DNA of 64,000 nucleotides from Escherichia coli (GTDB lineage Bacteria; Pseudomonadota; Gammaproteobacteria; Enterobacterales; Enterobacteriaceae): NCBI RefSeq assembly GCF_024700885.2, contig NZ_CP117016.1; one strand, 5' to 3'. Shown piece by piece: positions 52,544 to 64,000 of this stretch (position 1 is its first letter; each line of letters starts with the position of its first letter). The notes under the pieces were generated by a model. It saw only the letters and a program-made list of their open reading frames with translations, ran no database searches and was not told where the DNA came from. The position numbers and the translations under genes were made by a program.

Positions 52544-53761
52544 ATGTCCCCCATTGAAAAATCCAGCAAATTAGAGAATGTCTGTTACGACATCCGTGGT
52601 CCGGTGCTGAAAGAAGCAAAACGCCTGGAAGAAGAAGGTAACAAGGTACTGAAACTGAACATCGGCAACCCTGCCCCGTTCGGTTTTGACGCGCCAGATG
52701 AAATCCTCGTTGACGTGATTCGCAACCTGCCTACCGCTCAAGGGTATTGCGATTCCAAAGGGCTTTACTCCGCGCGTAAAGCCATCATGCAGCACTACCA
52801 GGCTCGTGGCATGCGTGATGTTACCGTGGAAGATATTTACATCGGCAATGGTGTATCGGAGCTTATCGTTCAGGCAATGCAGGCATTGCTGAACAGCGGC
52901 GACGAAATGTTGGTTCCTGCACCTGATTACCCACTATGGACCGCGGCGGTTTCGCTCTCCAGCGGTAAAGCGGTGCATTATCTTTGCGATGAATCCTCTG
53001 ACTGGTTCCCGGACCTTGATGATATTCGCGCTAAAATTACGCCTCGTACGCGTGGGATCGTTATTATCAACCCAAATAACCCAACTGGCGCGGTATATTC
53101 CAAAGAGCTTTTAATGGAGATAGTGGAGATTGCACGTCAGCATAATCTCATTATCTTCGCCGATGAAATTTATGACAAAATTCTCTACGACGACGCTGAG
53201 CATCACTCAATTGCGCCGCTGGCACCTGATCTGCTGACTATTACCTTTAACGGACTGTCGAAAACGTACCGCGTTGCTGGCTTCCGTCAGGGGTGGATGG
53301 TGTTGAACGGGCCGAAAAAACACGCCAAAGGTTACATCGAAGGTCTGGAAATGCTGGCCTCAATGCGCCTGTGTGCTAACGTTCCTGCGCAACACGCCAT
53401 TCAGACTGCACTAGGCGGTTATCAGAGCATCAGTGAATTTATTACTCCCGGCGGGCGTCTTTATGAGCAGCGTAACCGCGCGTGGGAATTGATCAACGAT
53501 ATTCCGGGCGTTTCCTGCGTGAAACCGCGCGGTGCGCTGTACATGTTCCCGAAAATCGACGCCAAACGCTTTAATATTCACGACGATCAGAAAATGGTGC
53601 TGGATTTCCTGTTGCAGGAAAAAGTTCTGTTGGTGCAAGGGACGGCATTCAACTGGCCGTGGCCGGATCACTTCCGCATTGTCACGCTACCGCGTGTCGA
53701 TGATATCGAGCTGTCTTTGAGTAAGTTCGCGCGTTTCCTTTCTGGTTATCATCAGCTGTAA
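52544..53761 (+). CDS. alaA: Glutamate-pyruvate aminotransferase (alanine transaminase)
   Basis: 405 aa class-I PLP aminotransferase (SKTYRVAGFRQGW lysine motif). Confidence 0.94.
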   Translation: MSPIEKSSKLENVCYDIRGPVLKEAKRLEEEGNKVLKLNIGNPAPFGFDAPDEILVDVIRNLPTAQGYCDSKGLYSARKAIMQHYQARGMRDVTVEDIYIGNGVSELIVQAMQALLNSGDEMLVPAPDYPLWTAAVSLSSGKAVHYLCDESSDWFPDLDDIRAKITPRTRGIVIINPNNPTGAVYSKELLMEIVEIARQHNLIIFADEIYDKILYDDAEHHSIAPLAPDLLTITFNGLSKTYRVAGFRQGWMVLNGPKKHAKGYIEGLEMLASMRLCANVPAQHAIQTALGGYQSISEFITPGGRLYEQRNRAWELINDIPGVSCVKPRGALYMFPKIDAKRFNIHDDQKMVLDFLLQEKVLLVQGTAFNWPWPDHFRIVTLPRVDDIELSLSKFARFLSGYHQL

Positions 53762-53770
53762 TCTTAATTT

Positions 53771-53802
53771 CACTGCCGGAGATTGCATCCGGCAGTGTTA
53801 TC
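53771..53802 (+). terminator. Possible terminator hairpin after alaA
   Basis: cactgccgga-gattgcat-ccggcagtg then TTATCCC (weak U-tract). Confidence 0.4.
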
Positions 53803-53844
53803 CCGCCACAATGACCTGATGATGTCATCATACGTAAGGTCACT

Positions 53845-54444
53845 ATGAAACAGAGCCATTTTTTTGCCCATCTCTCCCGTCTGAAACTCATTAACCGCTG
53901 GCCGCTGATGCGCAACGTGCGGACTGAAAATGTGTCCGAACACAGTTTGCAGGTAGCGATGGTCGCCCATGCGCTGGCAGCTATCAAAAATCGGAAATTT
54001 GGCGGTAATGTCAACGCCGAACGTATCGCTTTACTGGCGATGTACCACGATGCCTCAGAAGTGCTTACCGGCGATCTCCCTACCCCGGTGAAATACTTCA
54101 ATTCGCAAATCGCTCAGGAATACAAGGCTATTGAAAAAATCGCTCAGCAAAAACTGGTCGATATGGTTCCGGAAGAGCTGCAGGATATTTTTGCGCCGTT
54201 AATTGACGAGCATGCATATAGCGATGAAGAAAAATCGCTGGTGAAACAGGCAGATGCACTGTGTGCATATCTGAAATGTCTGGAAGAACTCGCGGCGGGA
54301 AATAATGAATTCTTGCTGGCAAAAACGCGACTGGAAGCGACGCTTGAAGCGCGCCGCAGCCAGGAGATGGACTACTTCATGGAAGTCTTTGTTCCCAGCT
54401 TCCATCTTTCGCTCGATGAGATTAGCCAGGATTCACCGCTGTAA
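53845..54444 (+). CDS. yfbR: HD-domain 5'-deoxynucleotidase (dCMP phosphohydrolase)
   Basis: 199 aa; HD motif region [16 protein letters not shown] and [16 protein letters not shown]. Confidence 0.93.
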   Translation: MKQSHFFAHLSRLKLINRWPLMRNVRTENVSEHSLQVAMVAHALAAIKNRKFGGNVNAERIALLAMYHDASEVLTGDLPTPVKYFNSQIAQEYKAIEKIAQQKLVDMVPEELQDIFAPLIDEHAYSDEEKSLVKQADALCAYLKCLEELAAGNNEFLLAKTRLEATLEARRSQEMDYFMEVFVPSFHLSLDEISQDSPL

Positions 54445-54454
54445 GCAGCCGGAG

Positions 54455-54498
54455 TCTGCGTCGCATCAGGCAATAAGCGCCGGATGCGACATCAGGCT
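54455..54498. repeat. REP-like palindromic element between yfbR and yfbS
   Basis: ctgcgtcgcatcaggcaataagcgccggatgcgacatcaggc; REP-type GC-rich imperfect palindromes. Confidence 0.65.
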
Positions 54499-54502
54499 CT
54501 TG

Positions 54503-56335
54503 TCAAAACGGAAACAGCATCGGGATCATCACCACACAAACCGCCATCACGATAATGGTGAACGGTACCCCCAACTTCACAAAGTCACTGAAGCTGTAAT
54601 TTCCCGGGCCTAAAACCAGTGTGTTTACCGGTGAAGAAACCGGTGTCATAAAGGCGGCGGATGCTGCCATCGCCACGACCATCGCAAATGGATAAGGCGA
54701 CACACCCATCGTTTTGGCAGCAGCCAGCGCAATCGGAGCCATCAACACCGCCGTTGCGGTATTAGAGATAAATAGCCCAATAACCGCCGACAAGACAAAC
54801 AAACAACCCAGCATCATATGTGGCCCGTAACCGCCGCCAATGTCCATCAGCCCTTTCACCGCCAGCGCGACACCTCCCGTTTTCTGTAATGCCACAGCAA
54901 ACGGCATCATCCCAACGATCAAAATAATGCTCGGCCAGTGAATGGATTTATAGGCGCTTTCAGCATCGATACAGCGGAATTTCCCCATCAGCAGGCAGGC
55001 GATGATAGCGGCAACAGGATTAGGGATTTCATCGGTCAGCATTAACGCCACCATTAGCACCAGACAGAAAATCGCATGGGGTGCCTGGCTGTGCGCGGGC
55101 GATGCTTCACTCACCTCTTCCGGTAAGTTCAGCGCAACGAAGTCGCGGCCCTGTTTGGCCAGCATACCGATCAGTTTCCAGTTACCCACAACCAGGATGA
55201 TATCGCCCAGCAGCAGAGGCTCATCCGCCAGCGAACCTTCCAGCGCCACGCCATTGCGCTTTAGCCCCACCACATTCAGTCCGTAGCGGGTACGAAAACC
55301 AATTTCGCGCACCGATTTACCAATCAGTTCTGACTCAGGAATTAATGAAATCTCTGCCATGCCCACATCAAGGGCCTGGTCAGAAAAATACTCGCCGCGC
55401 AGTACCATCGGCTCCAGCAATTGCTCACTACAAAATTGCCGGAGATCGACATCAGCCGCAGACATATCAATAAGCAAAACGTCACGCGCGCGAAATTCAG
55501 AAACCCCATTAACGTTCACGATAACGCGACGAAAACGCCGCCAGCGTTCTACACCGATGACGTTAGCGCCATAACGCTCACGTAATTTGAGATCGTCCAG
55601 CCGTTGACCAATCATTGGCGAACCGGGGCGAATAGCCAGACGACGCGCACGCCCGGTCAGTCGATATTCACGGATAAGATCGCGAAAGGTTCGACGCGTC
55701 CAGCCTTCGCGCTGTGGGGTCTGGGTATCCCCTTTCAGCATGAAACGCATCACTAACATATACAAAATACCCAGCACCAGCACGACCAGGCCAATAGGTG
55801 TTACGCTAAAGAAACTAAAACCATGATAGCCTTCACGCAGCAATTCACTGTTGACTACCAGGTTCGGCGGCGTCGCCACCAGCGTCATCATGCCGCTAAT
55901 CAGCCCGGCAAAACTTAACGGCATCATCAGGCGCGACGGCGACGTTTGCATACGCATGGCAACGCTTAACACCACGGGAATAAAGATAGCGACAACGCCG
56001 GTTGAACTCATAAACGCGCCAAGCCCCGCGACGGTCAGCATCAACAAAACCAACATTTTGATTTCACTGTTGCCCGCCACTTTGACCAGCCATGTCCCCA
56101 TTACAGTGGCAACACCGGTACGGACCAAACCATCGCCAATAATGAACAAGGCGGCAATCAGGACAACGTTAGGATCGGAAAAGCCGGAAAATACTTCGGG
56201 GACCGTCAGCGTTCCGCTTAATGCAAACGCGACAATAACAAACAAAGCGACCGCATCCATACGCACTCTGCCCGTCGCAAACAAGACGATGGCAACGGCC
56301 AGTAATGAAAGAACCCAAATCAATTCACCGTTCAC
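54503..56335 (-). CDS. yfbS: Putative anion transporter with TrkA-C domains (SLC13/DASS-like)
   Basis: 610 aa; two membrane halves separated by a cytoplasmic TrkA-C-like region. Confidence 0.9.
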
Positions 56336-56376
56336 AACTTATCCTTGTTAATTGAGGGGGATGACTTGATTCTGCC

Positions 56377-56403
56377 ATAAAAAAGCCCCGACGAGACGGG
56401 GCT
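56377..56403 (-). terminator. Rho-independent terminator of yfbT/hxpA
   Basis: Minus strand: agccccgtctcgtcggggct followed by TTTTTTAT; 19 nt after the stop. Confidence 0.8.
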
Positions 56404-56421
56404 AAATCATGATCAGGTGTT

Positions 56422-57072
56422 TCACTGAATAATAACATCGCCATTTGGCTGTTTGGTCACAGTAATTTGCTCCAGACTGTGGAGGACCAAATCGACCTCA
56501 TTCAGGCGCGGGGTATCTGCCGGAGCGTTAACCGCAATGACATGACAACCCGCCGCCAGGCCTGAAAGCACGCCAGCGGGAGCATCTTCCACCACCACAC
56601 ACTCCTGCGGCGCAAGCCCCAGCAGCTGCGCACCTAACAGATACGCATCAGGTTCTGGTTTTCCGCGCTTCACTCGCTCAGCGGTTACAAACACCTCTGG
56701 TGCGGGAAGCCCAGCTATTTTATGGCGCGCTCGCGCTACCGGCATGGAGCCAGAAGTCACAATGGCCCACGGAATACCTGCTTTATTCAAATGATTGAGT
56801 AAGGCGATTGCCCCCGGAAGCGCGGTAATACCTTCGGTTTCCGTGGCCTCGATGTGCTCCAGACGCGTAAACTCGGCGGCAATATCAGCCTCGGATTTGC
56901 CCGCCATAAAATGGCGCAGAGAGGTGATCGCCTGTTTACCGTGAATGAAAGCCAGCACCTCTTCCGGCGCTAACCCATGACGTCTGGCCCAGTTGCTCCA
57001 CGCCCGCTCTACCGCAGGCAGGGAATCCACCAGCGTTCCATCAAGATCAAACAGAAAACCTTTGCACCGCAC
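56422..57072 (-). CDS. hxpA: HAD-family hexitol/sugar phosphatase
   Basis: 216 aa; HAD motif I FLFDLDGTLVDS; synteny (yfbT). Confidence 0.9.
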   Translation of the reverse strand: MRCKGFLFDLDGTLVDSLPAVERAWSNWARRHGLAPEEVLAFIHGKQAITSLRHFMAGKSEADIAAEFTRLEHIEATETEGITALPGAIALLNHLNKAGIPWAIVTSGSMPVARARHKIAGLPAPEVFVTAERVKRGKPEPDAYLLGAQLLGLAPQECVVVEDAPAGVLSGLAAGCHVIAVNAPADTPRLNEVDLVLHSLEQITVTKQPNGDVIIQ

Positions 57073-57082
57073 GCGGACCTCC

Positions 57083-57658
<576 letters not shown>

Positions 57659-58114
57659 TTACAAATCATCAAGGAAAGTTTTATCCAGTTGTTTGAAGGC
57701 GCGCTTAAGCGTGTCAGCTAATGCCTGGTAATCAGGCTTGCCTTCAACGGGTGCCAACACCTGTCCAGACTCCTGCAATTTACCGCGAACTTCATAAAAC
57801 CAGTTAAGGATTGCAGGGGGTAATGGCGTTACAGAACGTTTGCCCAGCCACCACAATCCCTGCATGGGTAAACTTAAAGCGAACAGCGCAGTGGCAACTG
57901 CCGGCCCAAGCTGACCGCCCAGGGCAATCTGCCAGCAGAGAGTAAATACGGCGATCGGCGGCATAAAACGGATCGCATAACGCGTCATCTTGATAACGCG
58001 ATTTTCGACAAAGACCGGGGCAAGGCGTTTTTCCAGCGGCCACGTCTTTGAGTAATGCTGTCCCCGGCGAAACAAGCTAAAAAAATTAACAGAACGATTA
58101 TCCGGCGTTGACAT
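57659..58114 (-). CDS. yfbV: UPF0208 inner-membrane protein YfbV
   Basis: 151 aa with two TM helices; divergent from ackA. Confidence 0.9.
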
Positions 58115-58451
58115 GCTTCACCTCAACTTCACATATAAAGATTCAAAAATTTGTGCAAATTCACAACTCAGCGGGACAACGTTCAAAACATTTTGTCTTC
58201 CATACCCACTATCAGGTATCCTTTAGCAGCCTGAAGGCCTAAGTAGTACATATTCATTGAGTCGTCAAATTCATATACATTATGCCATTGGCTGAAAATT
58301 ACGCAAAATGGCATAGACTCAAGATATTTCTTCCATCATGCAAAAAAAATTTGCAGTGCATGATGTTAATCATAAATGTCGGTGTCATCATGCGCTACGC
58401 TCTATGGCTCCCTGACGTTTTTTTAGCCACGTATCAATTATAGGTACTTCC
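58115..58451. promoter_or_regulatory. yfbV / ackA divergent promoter region
   Basis: 337-bp AT-rich spacer between divergent starts; sites not mapped. Confidence 0.5.
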
Positions 58452-59654
58452 ATGTCGAGTAAGTTAGTACTGGTTCTGAACTGCGGTAGTTCTTCACTGA
58501 AATTTGCCATCATCGATGCAGTAAATGGTGAAGAGTACCTTTCTGGTTTAGCCGAATGTTTCCACCTGCCCGAAGCACGTATCAAATGGAAAATGGACGG
58601 CAATAAACAGGAAGCGGCTTTAGGTGCAGGCGCCGCTCACAGCGAAGCGCTCAACTTTATCGTTAATACTATTCTGGCACAAAAACCAGAACTGTCTGCG
58701 CAGCTGACTGCTATCGGTCACCGTATCGTACACGGCGGCGAAAAGTATACCAGCTCCGTAGTGATCGATGAGTCTGTTATTCAGGGTATCAAAGATGCAG
58801 CTTCTTTTGCACCGCTGCACAACCCGGCTCACCTGATCGGTATCGAAGAAGCTCTGAAATCTTTCCCACAGCTGAAAGACAAAAACGTTGCTGTATTTGA
58901 CACCGCGTTCCACCAGACTATGCCGGAAGAGTCTTACCTCTACGCCCTGCCGTACAACCTGTACAAAGAGCACGGCATCCGTCGTTACGGCGCGCACGGC
59001 ACCAGCCACTTCTATGTAACCCAGGAAGCGGCAAAAATGCTGAACAAACCGGTAGAAGAACTGAACATCATCACCTGCCACCTGGGCAACGGTGGTTCCG
59101 TTTCTGCTATCCGCAACGGTAAATGCGTTGACACCTCTATGGGCCTGACCCCGCTGGAAGGTCTGGTCATGGGTACCCGTTCTGGTGATATCGATCCGGC
59201 GATCATCTTCCACCTGCACGACACCCTGGGCATGAGCGTTGACGCAATCAACAAACTGCTGACCAAAGAGTCTGGCCTGCTGGGTCTGACCGAAGTGACC
59301 AGCGACTGCCGCTATGTTGAAGACAACTACGCGACGAAAGAAGACGCGAAGCGCGCAATGGACGTTTACTGCCACCGCCTGGCGAAATACATCGGTGCCT
59401 ACACTGCGCTGATGGATGGTCGTCTGGACGCTGTTGTATTCACCGGTGGTATCGGTGAAAATGCCGCGATGGTTCGTGAACTGTCTCTGGGCAAACTGGG
59501 CGTGCTGGGCTTTGAAGTTGATCATGAACGCAACCTGGCTGCACGTTTCGGCAAATCTGGTTTCATCAACAAAGAAGGTACCCGTCCTGCGGTGGTTATC
59601 CCAACCAACGAAGAACTGGTTATCGCGCAAGACGCGAGCCGCCTGACTGCCTGA
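58452..59654 (+). CDS. ackA: Acetate kinase
   Basis: 400 aa; [24 protein letters not shown]-terminus; codon usage typical of highly expressed genes. Confidence 0.98.
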   Translation: MSSKLVLVLNCGSSSLKFAIIDAVNGEEYLSGLAECFHLPEARIKWKMDGNKQEAALGAGAAHSEALNFIVNTILAQKPELSAQLTAIGHRIVHGGEKYTSSVVIDESVIQGIKDAASFAPLHNPAHLIGIEEALKSFPQLKDKNVAVFDTAFHQTMPEESYLYALPYNLYKEHGIRRYGAHGTSHFYVTQEAAKMLNKPVEELNIITCHLGNGGSVSAIRNGKCVDTSMGLTPLEGLVMGTRSGDIDPAIIFHLHDTLGMSVDAINKLLTKESGLLGLTEVTSDCRYVEDNYATKEDAKRAMDVYCHRLAKYIGAYTALMDGRLDAVVFTGGIGENAAMVRELSLGKLGVLGFEVDHERNLAARFGKSGFINKEGTRPAVVIPTNEELVIAQDASRLTA

Positions 59655-59657
59655 TTT

Positions 59658-59690
59658 CACACCGCCAGCTCAGCTGGCGGTGCTGTTTTG
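59658..59690 (+). terminator. Hairpin with U-tract between ackA and pta (partial terminator/attenuator)
   Basis: accgccagct-cagctggcggt followed by GCTGTTTTG, 4 nt after the ackA stop. Confidence 0.5.
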
Positions 59691-59728
59691 TAACCCGCCA
59701 AATCGGCGGTAACGAAAGAGGATAAACC

Positions 59729-61873
59729 GTGTCCCGTATTATTATGCTGATCCCTACCGGAACCAGCGTCGGTCTGACCAGCGTCAGCCTTGGCGTGATC
59801 CGTGCAATGGAACGCAAAGGCGTTCGTCTGAGCGTTTTCAAACCTATCGCTCAGCCGCGTACCGGTGGCGATGCGCCCGATCAGACTACGACTATCGTGC
59901 GTGCGAACTCTTCCACCACGACGGCCGCTGAACCGCTGAAAATGAGCTACGTTGAAGGTCTGCTTTCCAGCAATCAGAAAGATGTGCTGATGGAAGAGAT
60001 CGTCGCAAACTACCACGCTAACACCAAAGACGCTGAAGTCGTTCTGGTTGAAGGTCTGGTCCCGACACGTAAGCACCAGTTTGCCCAGTCTCTGAACTAC
60101 GAAATCGCTAAAACGCTGAATGCGGAAATCGTCTTCGTTATGTCTCAGGGCACTGACACCCCGGAACAGCTGAAAGAGCGTATCGAACTGACCCGCAACA
60201 GCTTCGGCGGTGCCAAAAACACCAACATCACCGGCGTTATCGTTAACAAACTGAACGCACCGGTTGATGAACAGGGTCGTACTCGCCCGGATCTGTCCGA
60301 GATTTTCGACGACTCTTCCAAAGCTAAAGTAAACAATGTTGATCCGGCGAAGCTGCAAGAATCCAGCCCGCTGCCGGTTCTCGGCGCGGTGCCGTGGAGC
60401 TTTGACCTGATCGCGACTCGTGCGATCGATATGGCTCGCCACCTGAATGCGACCATCATCAACGAAGGCGACATCAATACTCGCCGCGTTAAATCCGTCA
60501 CTTTCTGCGCACGCAGCATTCCACACATGCTGGAGCACTTCCGTGCCGGTTCTCTGCTGGTGACTTCCGCAGACCGTCCTGACGTGCTGGTTGCCGCTTG
60601 CCTGGCTGCCATGAACGGCGTAGAAATCGGTGCCCTGCTGCTGACTGGCGGCTACGAAATGGACGCGCGCATTTCTAAACTGTGCGAACGTGCTTTCGCT
60701 ACCGGCCTGCCGGTATTTATGGTGAACACCAACACCTGGCAGACTTCTCTGAGCCTGCAGAGCTTCAACCTGGAAGTTCCGGTTGACGATCACGAGCGTA
60801 TCGAGAAAGTTCAGGAATACGTTGCTAACTACATCAACGCTGACTGGATCGATTCTCTGACTGCCACTTCTGAGCGCAGCCGTCGTCTGTCTCCGCCAGC
60901 GTTCCGTTATCAGCTGACTGAACTTGCGCGCAAAGCGGGCAAACGTATCGTTCTGCCGGAAGGTGACGAACCGCGTACCGTTAAAGCAGCCGCTATCTGT
61001 GCTGAACGTGGTATCGCAACTTGCGTACTGCTGGGTAATCCGGCAGAGATCAACCGTGTTGCAGCGTCTCAGGGTGTAGAACTGGGTGCAGGCATTGAAA
61101 TCGTTGATCCAGAAGTGGTTCGCGAAAGCTATGTTGGTCGTCTGGTCGAGCTGCGTAAGAACAAAGGCATGACCGAAACCGTTGCCCGAGAACAGCTGGA
61201 AGACAACGTGGTTCTCGGTACGCTAATGCTGGAACAGGATGAAGTTGATGGTCTGGTTTCCGGTGCTGTTCACACTACCGCAAACACCATCCGTCCGCCG
61301 CTGCAGCTGATCAAAACGGCTCCGGGCAGCTCCCTGGTATCTTCCGTGTTCTTCATGCTGCTGCCGGAACAGGTTTACGTTTACGGTGACTGTGCGATCA
61401 ACCCGGATCCGACCGCAGAACAGCTGGCAGAAATCGCGATTCAATCCGCTGATTCCGCTGCGGCCTTCGGTATCGAACCGCGCGTTGCTATGCTCTCCTA
61501 CTCCACCGGGACTTCTGGTGCTGGTAGCGACGTAGAAAAAGTTCGCGAAGCAACTCGTCTGGCGCAGGAAAAACGTCCTGACCTGATGATCGACGGTCCG
61601 CTGCAGTACGACGCTGCGGTAATGGCTGACGTTGCGAAATCCAAAGCGCCGAACTCTCCGGTTGCTGGTCGCGCTACCGTGTTCATCTTCCCGGATCTGA
61701 ACACCGGTAACACCACCTACAAAGCGGTACAGCGTTCTGCCGACCTGATCTCCATCGGGCCGATGCTGCAAGGTATGCGCAAACCGGTTAACGACCTGTC
61801 CCGTGGCGCACTGGTTGACGATATCGTCTACACCATCGCGCTGACTGCGATTCAGTCTGCACAGCAGCAGTAA
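59729..61873 (+). CDS. pta: Phosphate acetyltransferase
   Basis: 714 aa, GTG start ([22 protein letters not shown]); DRTGG plus C-terminal PTA domains. Confidence 0.98.
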   Translation: MSRIIMLIPTGTSVGLTSVSLGVIRAMERKGVRLSVFKPIAQPRTGGDAPDQTTTIVRANSSTTTAAEPLKMSYVEGLLSSNQKDVLMEEIVANYHANTKDAEVVLVEGLVPTRKHQFAQSLNYEIAKTLNAEIVFVMSQGTDTPEQLKERIELTRNSFGGAKNTNITGVIVNKLNAPVDEQGRTRPDLSEIFDDSSKAKVNNVDPAKLQESSPLPVLGAVPWSFDLIATRAIDMARHLNATIINEGDINTRRVKSVTFCARSIPHMLEHFRAGSLLVTSADRPDVLVAACLAAMNGVEIGALLLTGGYEMDARISKLCERAFATGLPVFMVNTNTWQTSLSLQSFNLEVPVDDHERIEKVQEYVANYINADWIDSLTATSERSRRLSPPAFRYQLTELARKAGKRIVLPEGDEPRTVKAAAICAERGIATCVLLGNPAEINRVAASQGVELGAGIEIVDPEVVRESYVGRLVELRKNKGMTETVAREQLEDNVVLGTLMLEQDEVDGLVSGAVHTTANTIRPPLQLIKTAPGSSLVSSVFFMLLPEQVYVYGDCAINPDPTAEQLAEIAIQSADSAAAFGIEPRVAMLSYSTGTSGAGSDVEKVREATRLAQEKRPDLMIDGPLQYDAAVMADVAKSKAPNSPVAGRATVFIFPDLNTGNTTYKAVQRSADLISIGPMLQGMRKPVNDLSRGALVDDIVYTIALTAIQSAQQQ

Positions 61874-61913
61874 TCTCGTCATCATCCGCAGCTTTGCGCT
61901 GCGGATATCTGAA

Positions 61914-61943
61914 CCGGAAATAGTGACTATTTCCGGTTTTTTA
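61914..61943 (+). terminator. Rho-independent terminator of ackA-pta
   Basis: ccggaaatagtgactatttccgg followed by TTTTTTA; an additional upstream hairpin ccgcagctttgcgctgcgg at 61886..61904. Confidence 0.85.
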
Positions 61944-62062
61944 TTCTCTTAATTTGCATTAATCCTTTCTGATTATCTTGCTTAACTGCGCTGCATCAAT
62001 GAATTACGCCATCTCAATTTGCATACTTACCACTTTGTTTTGTGCAAGGGAATATTTGCGCT

Positions 62063-63583
62063 ATGTCCGCAATCACTGAATCTAAACCAACAAGAAGATG
62101 GGCAATGCCCGATACGTTGGTGATTATCTTTTTTGTTGCTATTTTAACCAGCCTTGCCACCTGGGTAGTTCCGGTGGGGATGTTTGACAGTCAGGAAGTG
62201 CAGTATCAGGTTGATGGTCAAACAAAAACACGCAAAGTCGTAGATCCACACTCATTTCGCATTCTGACTAACGAAGCAGGCGAACCTGAGTATCACCGCG
62301 TACAGCTGTTCACGACGGGCGATGAACGCCCGGGCCTGATGAACTTCCCGTTTGAAGGGTTAACCTCAGGATCGAAATACGGGACAGCCGTTGGCATCAT
62401 CATGTTTATGCTGGTGATTGGCGGCGCGTTTGGCATTGTGATGCGTACAGGAACCATTGATAACGGTATCCTGGCGCTTATTCGCCATACCCGCGGGAAT
62501 GAAATTCTCTTTATTCCTGCGCTCTTTATTCTGTTTTCACTTGGCGGCGCGGTATTTGGTATGGGAGAAGAGGCCGTCGCCTTTGCCATTATCATCGCAC
62601 CGCTAATGGTCCGGCTGGGCTATGATAGTATTACCACCGTCCTGGTGACCTATATCGCCACGCAAATCGGTTTTGCCAGTTCGTGGATGAACCCGTTTTG
62701 TGTGGTCGTTGCTCAGGGGATTGCCGGCGTTCCGGTGCTTTCTGGCTCCGGGTTGCGCATCGTGGTGTGGGTTATCGCCACTCTGATTGGCCTGATCTTT
62801 ACCATGGTGTACGCCTCACGAGTGAAAAAGAATCCTCTTCTGTCACGCGTGCATGAGTCCGACCGCTTCTTTCGTGAAAAGCAGGCTGATGTTGAACAAC
62901 GTCCGTTTACCTTTGGTGACTGGCTGGTATTGATTGTCCTGACCGCCGTAATGGTCTGGGTGATTTGGGGCGTGATCGTTAATGCCTGGTTTATTCCTGA
63001 AATTGCCAGCCAGTTCTTCACCATGGGTCTGGTGATTGGCATCATCGGTGTTGTTTTCCGCCTTAACGGCATGACGGTTAATACCATGGCTTCATCCTTT
63101 ACCGAAGGGGCGCGAATGATGATCGCCCCTGCCCTGCTGGTGGGTTTCGCCAAAGGGATTTTGCTGCTGGTCGGTAATGGTGAAGCGGGTGATGCCAGCG
63201 TGTTAAATACCATCCTCAACAGCATTGCCAATGCCATTAGCGGTCTGGATAACGCGGTCGCGGCCTGGTTTATGTTGCTCTTCCAGGCGGTATTTAATTT
63301 CTTCGTGACGTCTGGTTCTGGTCAGGCGGCGTTAACCATGCCGTTACTGGCACCGCTTGGCGATCTGGTCGGTGTTAACCGTCAGGTTACCGTGCTGGCG
63401 TTCCAGTTTGGTGATGGCTTCAGCCACATCATTTACCCGACCTCAGCTTCGTTAATGGCAACGCTCGGTGTTTGCCGGGTGGACTTCCGTAACTGGCTGA
63501 AGGTGGGCGCGACACTGCTTGGACTGCTGTTTATTATGTCCAGCGTCGTGGTGATCGGCGCTCAGTTGATGGGCTACCACTAA
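62063..63583 (+). CDS. yfcC: Putative C4-dicarboxylate-anaerobic-carrier-like inner membrane transporter
   Basis: Track ORF trimmed to MSAITESKPTRRWAMPDTLVIIF (506 aa); polytopic membrane protein. Confidence 0.9.
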   Translation: MSAITESKPTRRWAMPDTLVIIFFVAILTSLATWVVPVGMFDSQEVQYQVDGQTKTRKVVDPHSFRILTNEAGEPEYHRVQLFTTGDERPGLMNFPFEGLTSGSKYGTAVGIIMFMLVIGGAFGIVMRTGTIDNGILALIRHTRGNEILFIPALFILFSLGGAVFGMGEEAVAFAIIIAPLMVRLGYDSITTVLVTYIATQIGFASSWMNPFCVVVAQGIAGVPVLSGSGLRIVVWVIATLIGLIFTMVYASRVKKNPLLSRVHESDRFFREKQADVEQRPFTFGDWLVLIVLTAVMVWVIWGVIVNAWFIPEIASQFFTMGLVIGIIGVVFRLNGMTVNTMASSFTEGARMMIAPALLVGFAKGILLLVGNGEAGDASVLNTILNSIANAISGLDNAVAAWFMLLFQAVFNFFVTSGSGQAALTMPLLAPLGDLVGVNRQVTVLAFQFGDGFSHIIYPTSASLMATLGVCRVDFRNWLKVGATLLGLLFIMSSVVVIGAQLMGYH

Positions 63584-63591
63584 AAATGTTA

Positions 63592-63616
63592 AGAGCCGCA
63601 ATTGCGGCTCTTTTTT
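63592..63616. terminator. Bidirectional terminator between convergent yfcC and yfcD
   Basis: agagccgcaattgcggctct followed by TTTTTTC; A-rich on the 5' side. Confidence 0.8.
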
Positions 63617-64000
63617 CATTCTGCCGTTTCAGTCTCTACGGCTTCATTTTTGGCATTGCGCTTCATCCACAACGCCAGCGCTTTCAGCGAGTCTGGAGTG
63701 AACTCATCGCAGCGTGCGGTGATTTCTTCCGGCGTCAGCCAGCAAACTTCACTGACTTCATCTTCCTGTAGAGCGAAGGGACCGTGAGAGACGCAACTGA
63801 ACAACGCGCCCCAGACTCGGCAATTTTTATCTTCGAAATAGAACTGCCCGTGCTCGGCAAAGGGGACACCGGCAATGCCCAACTCTTCTTCCGCTTCGCG
63901 ACGCGCGGATTCCAGCAGTTGCTCATCGGCCTGGACTACACCGCCTGCGGTCGCATCTAACATGCCGGGTAAAAAGTCTTTTGTCTCGGTACGACGCTGG
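63616..64000 (-). CDS. yfcD: Nudix hydrolase (3' portion; N-terminus beyond window end)
   Basis: Nudix box [24 protein letters not shown]; the frame stays open to the window edge, so the true start is outside. Confidence 0.85.
   Translation of the reverse strand, partial: QRRTETKDFLPGMLDATAGGVVQADEQLLESARREAEEELGIAGVPFAEHGQFYFEDKNCRVWGALFSCVSHGPFALQEDEVSEVCWLTPEEITARCDEFTPDSLKALALWMKRNAKNEAVETETAE

Overview
The window reads as an Escherichia coli-type core chromosomal segment, almost fully coding, with gene order: glpQ (partial) - glpT / glpABC / rpnB(yfaD) / rhmA - truncated rhmT / an IS200/IS605-family insertion sequence inside rhmR / yfaY - yfaZ / nudI / ais / arnBCADTEF / pmrD / menE-C-B-H-D-F / elaB - elaA / rbn / elaD / yfbL - yfbM / nuoN through nuoA / lrhA / alaA / yfbR / yfbS - hxpA(yfbT) - yfbU - yfbV / ackA - pta / yfcC / yfcD (partial). 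Gene names are assigned by recognising the translated proteins and their synteny from memory; no database search was run. No rRNA, tRNA or CRISPR array was found. Most of the window is ordinary, well-characterised housekeeping DNA and I do not see a large novel multi-gene system. The parts worth a second look are: (1) an apparently intact IS200/IS605 element (Y1 HUH TnpA plus a TnpB with all RuvC and zinc-finger motifs) inserted in the IclR-family regulator rhmR, with matching subterminal hairpins at both ends; (2) a decayed L-rhamnonate locus, with rhmD absent and an rhmR-rhmT fusion junction, in addition to the IS; (3) a strong internal Shine-Dalgarno plus ATG inside rpnB that would give a nested in-frame 77-aa RpnS-like protein carrying a 24-bp tandem repeat; (4) a low-GC block elaD-yfbL-yfbM that lacks genes I recall from K-12 (yfbK, yfbNOP). 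Several start codons in the ORF track were corrected. Coordinates of IS ends, junctions and regulatory sites are approximate.
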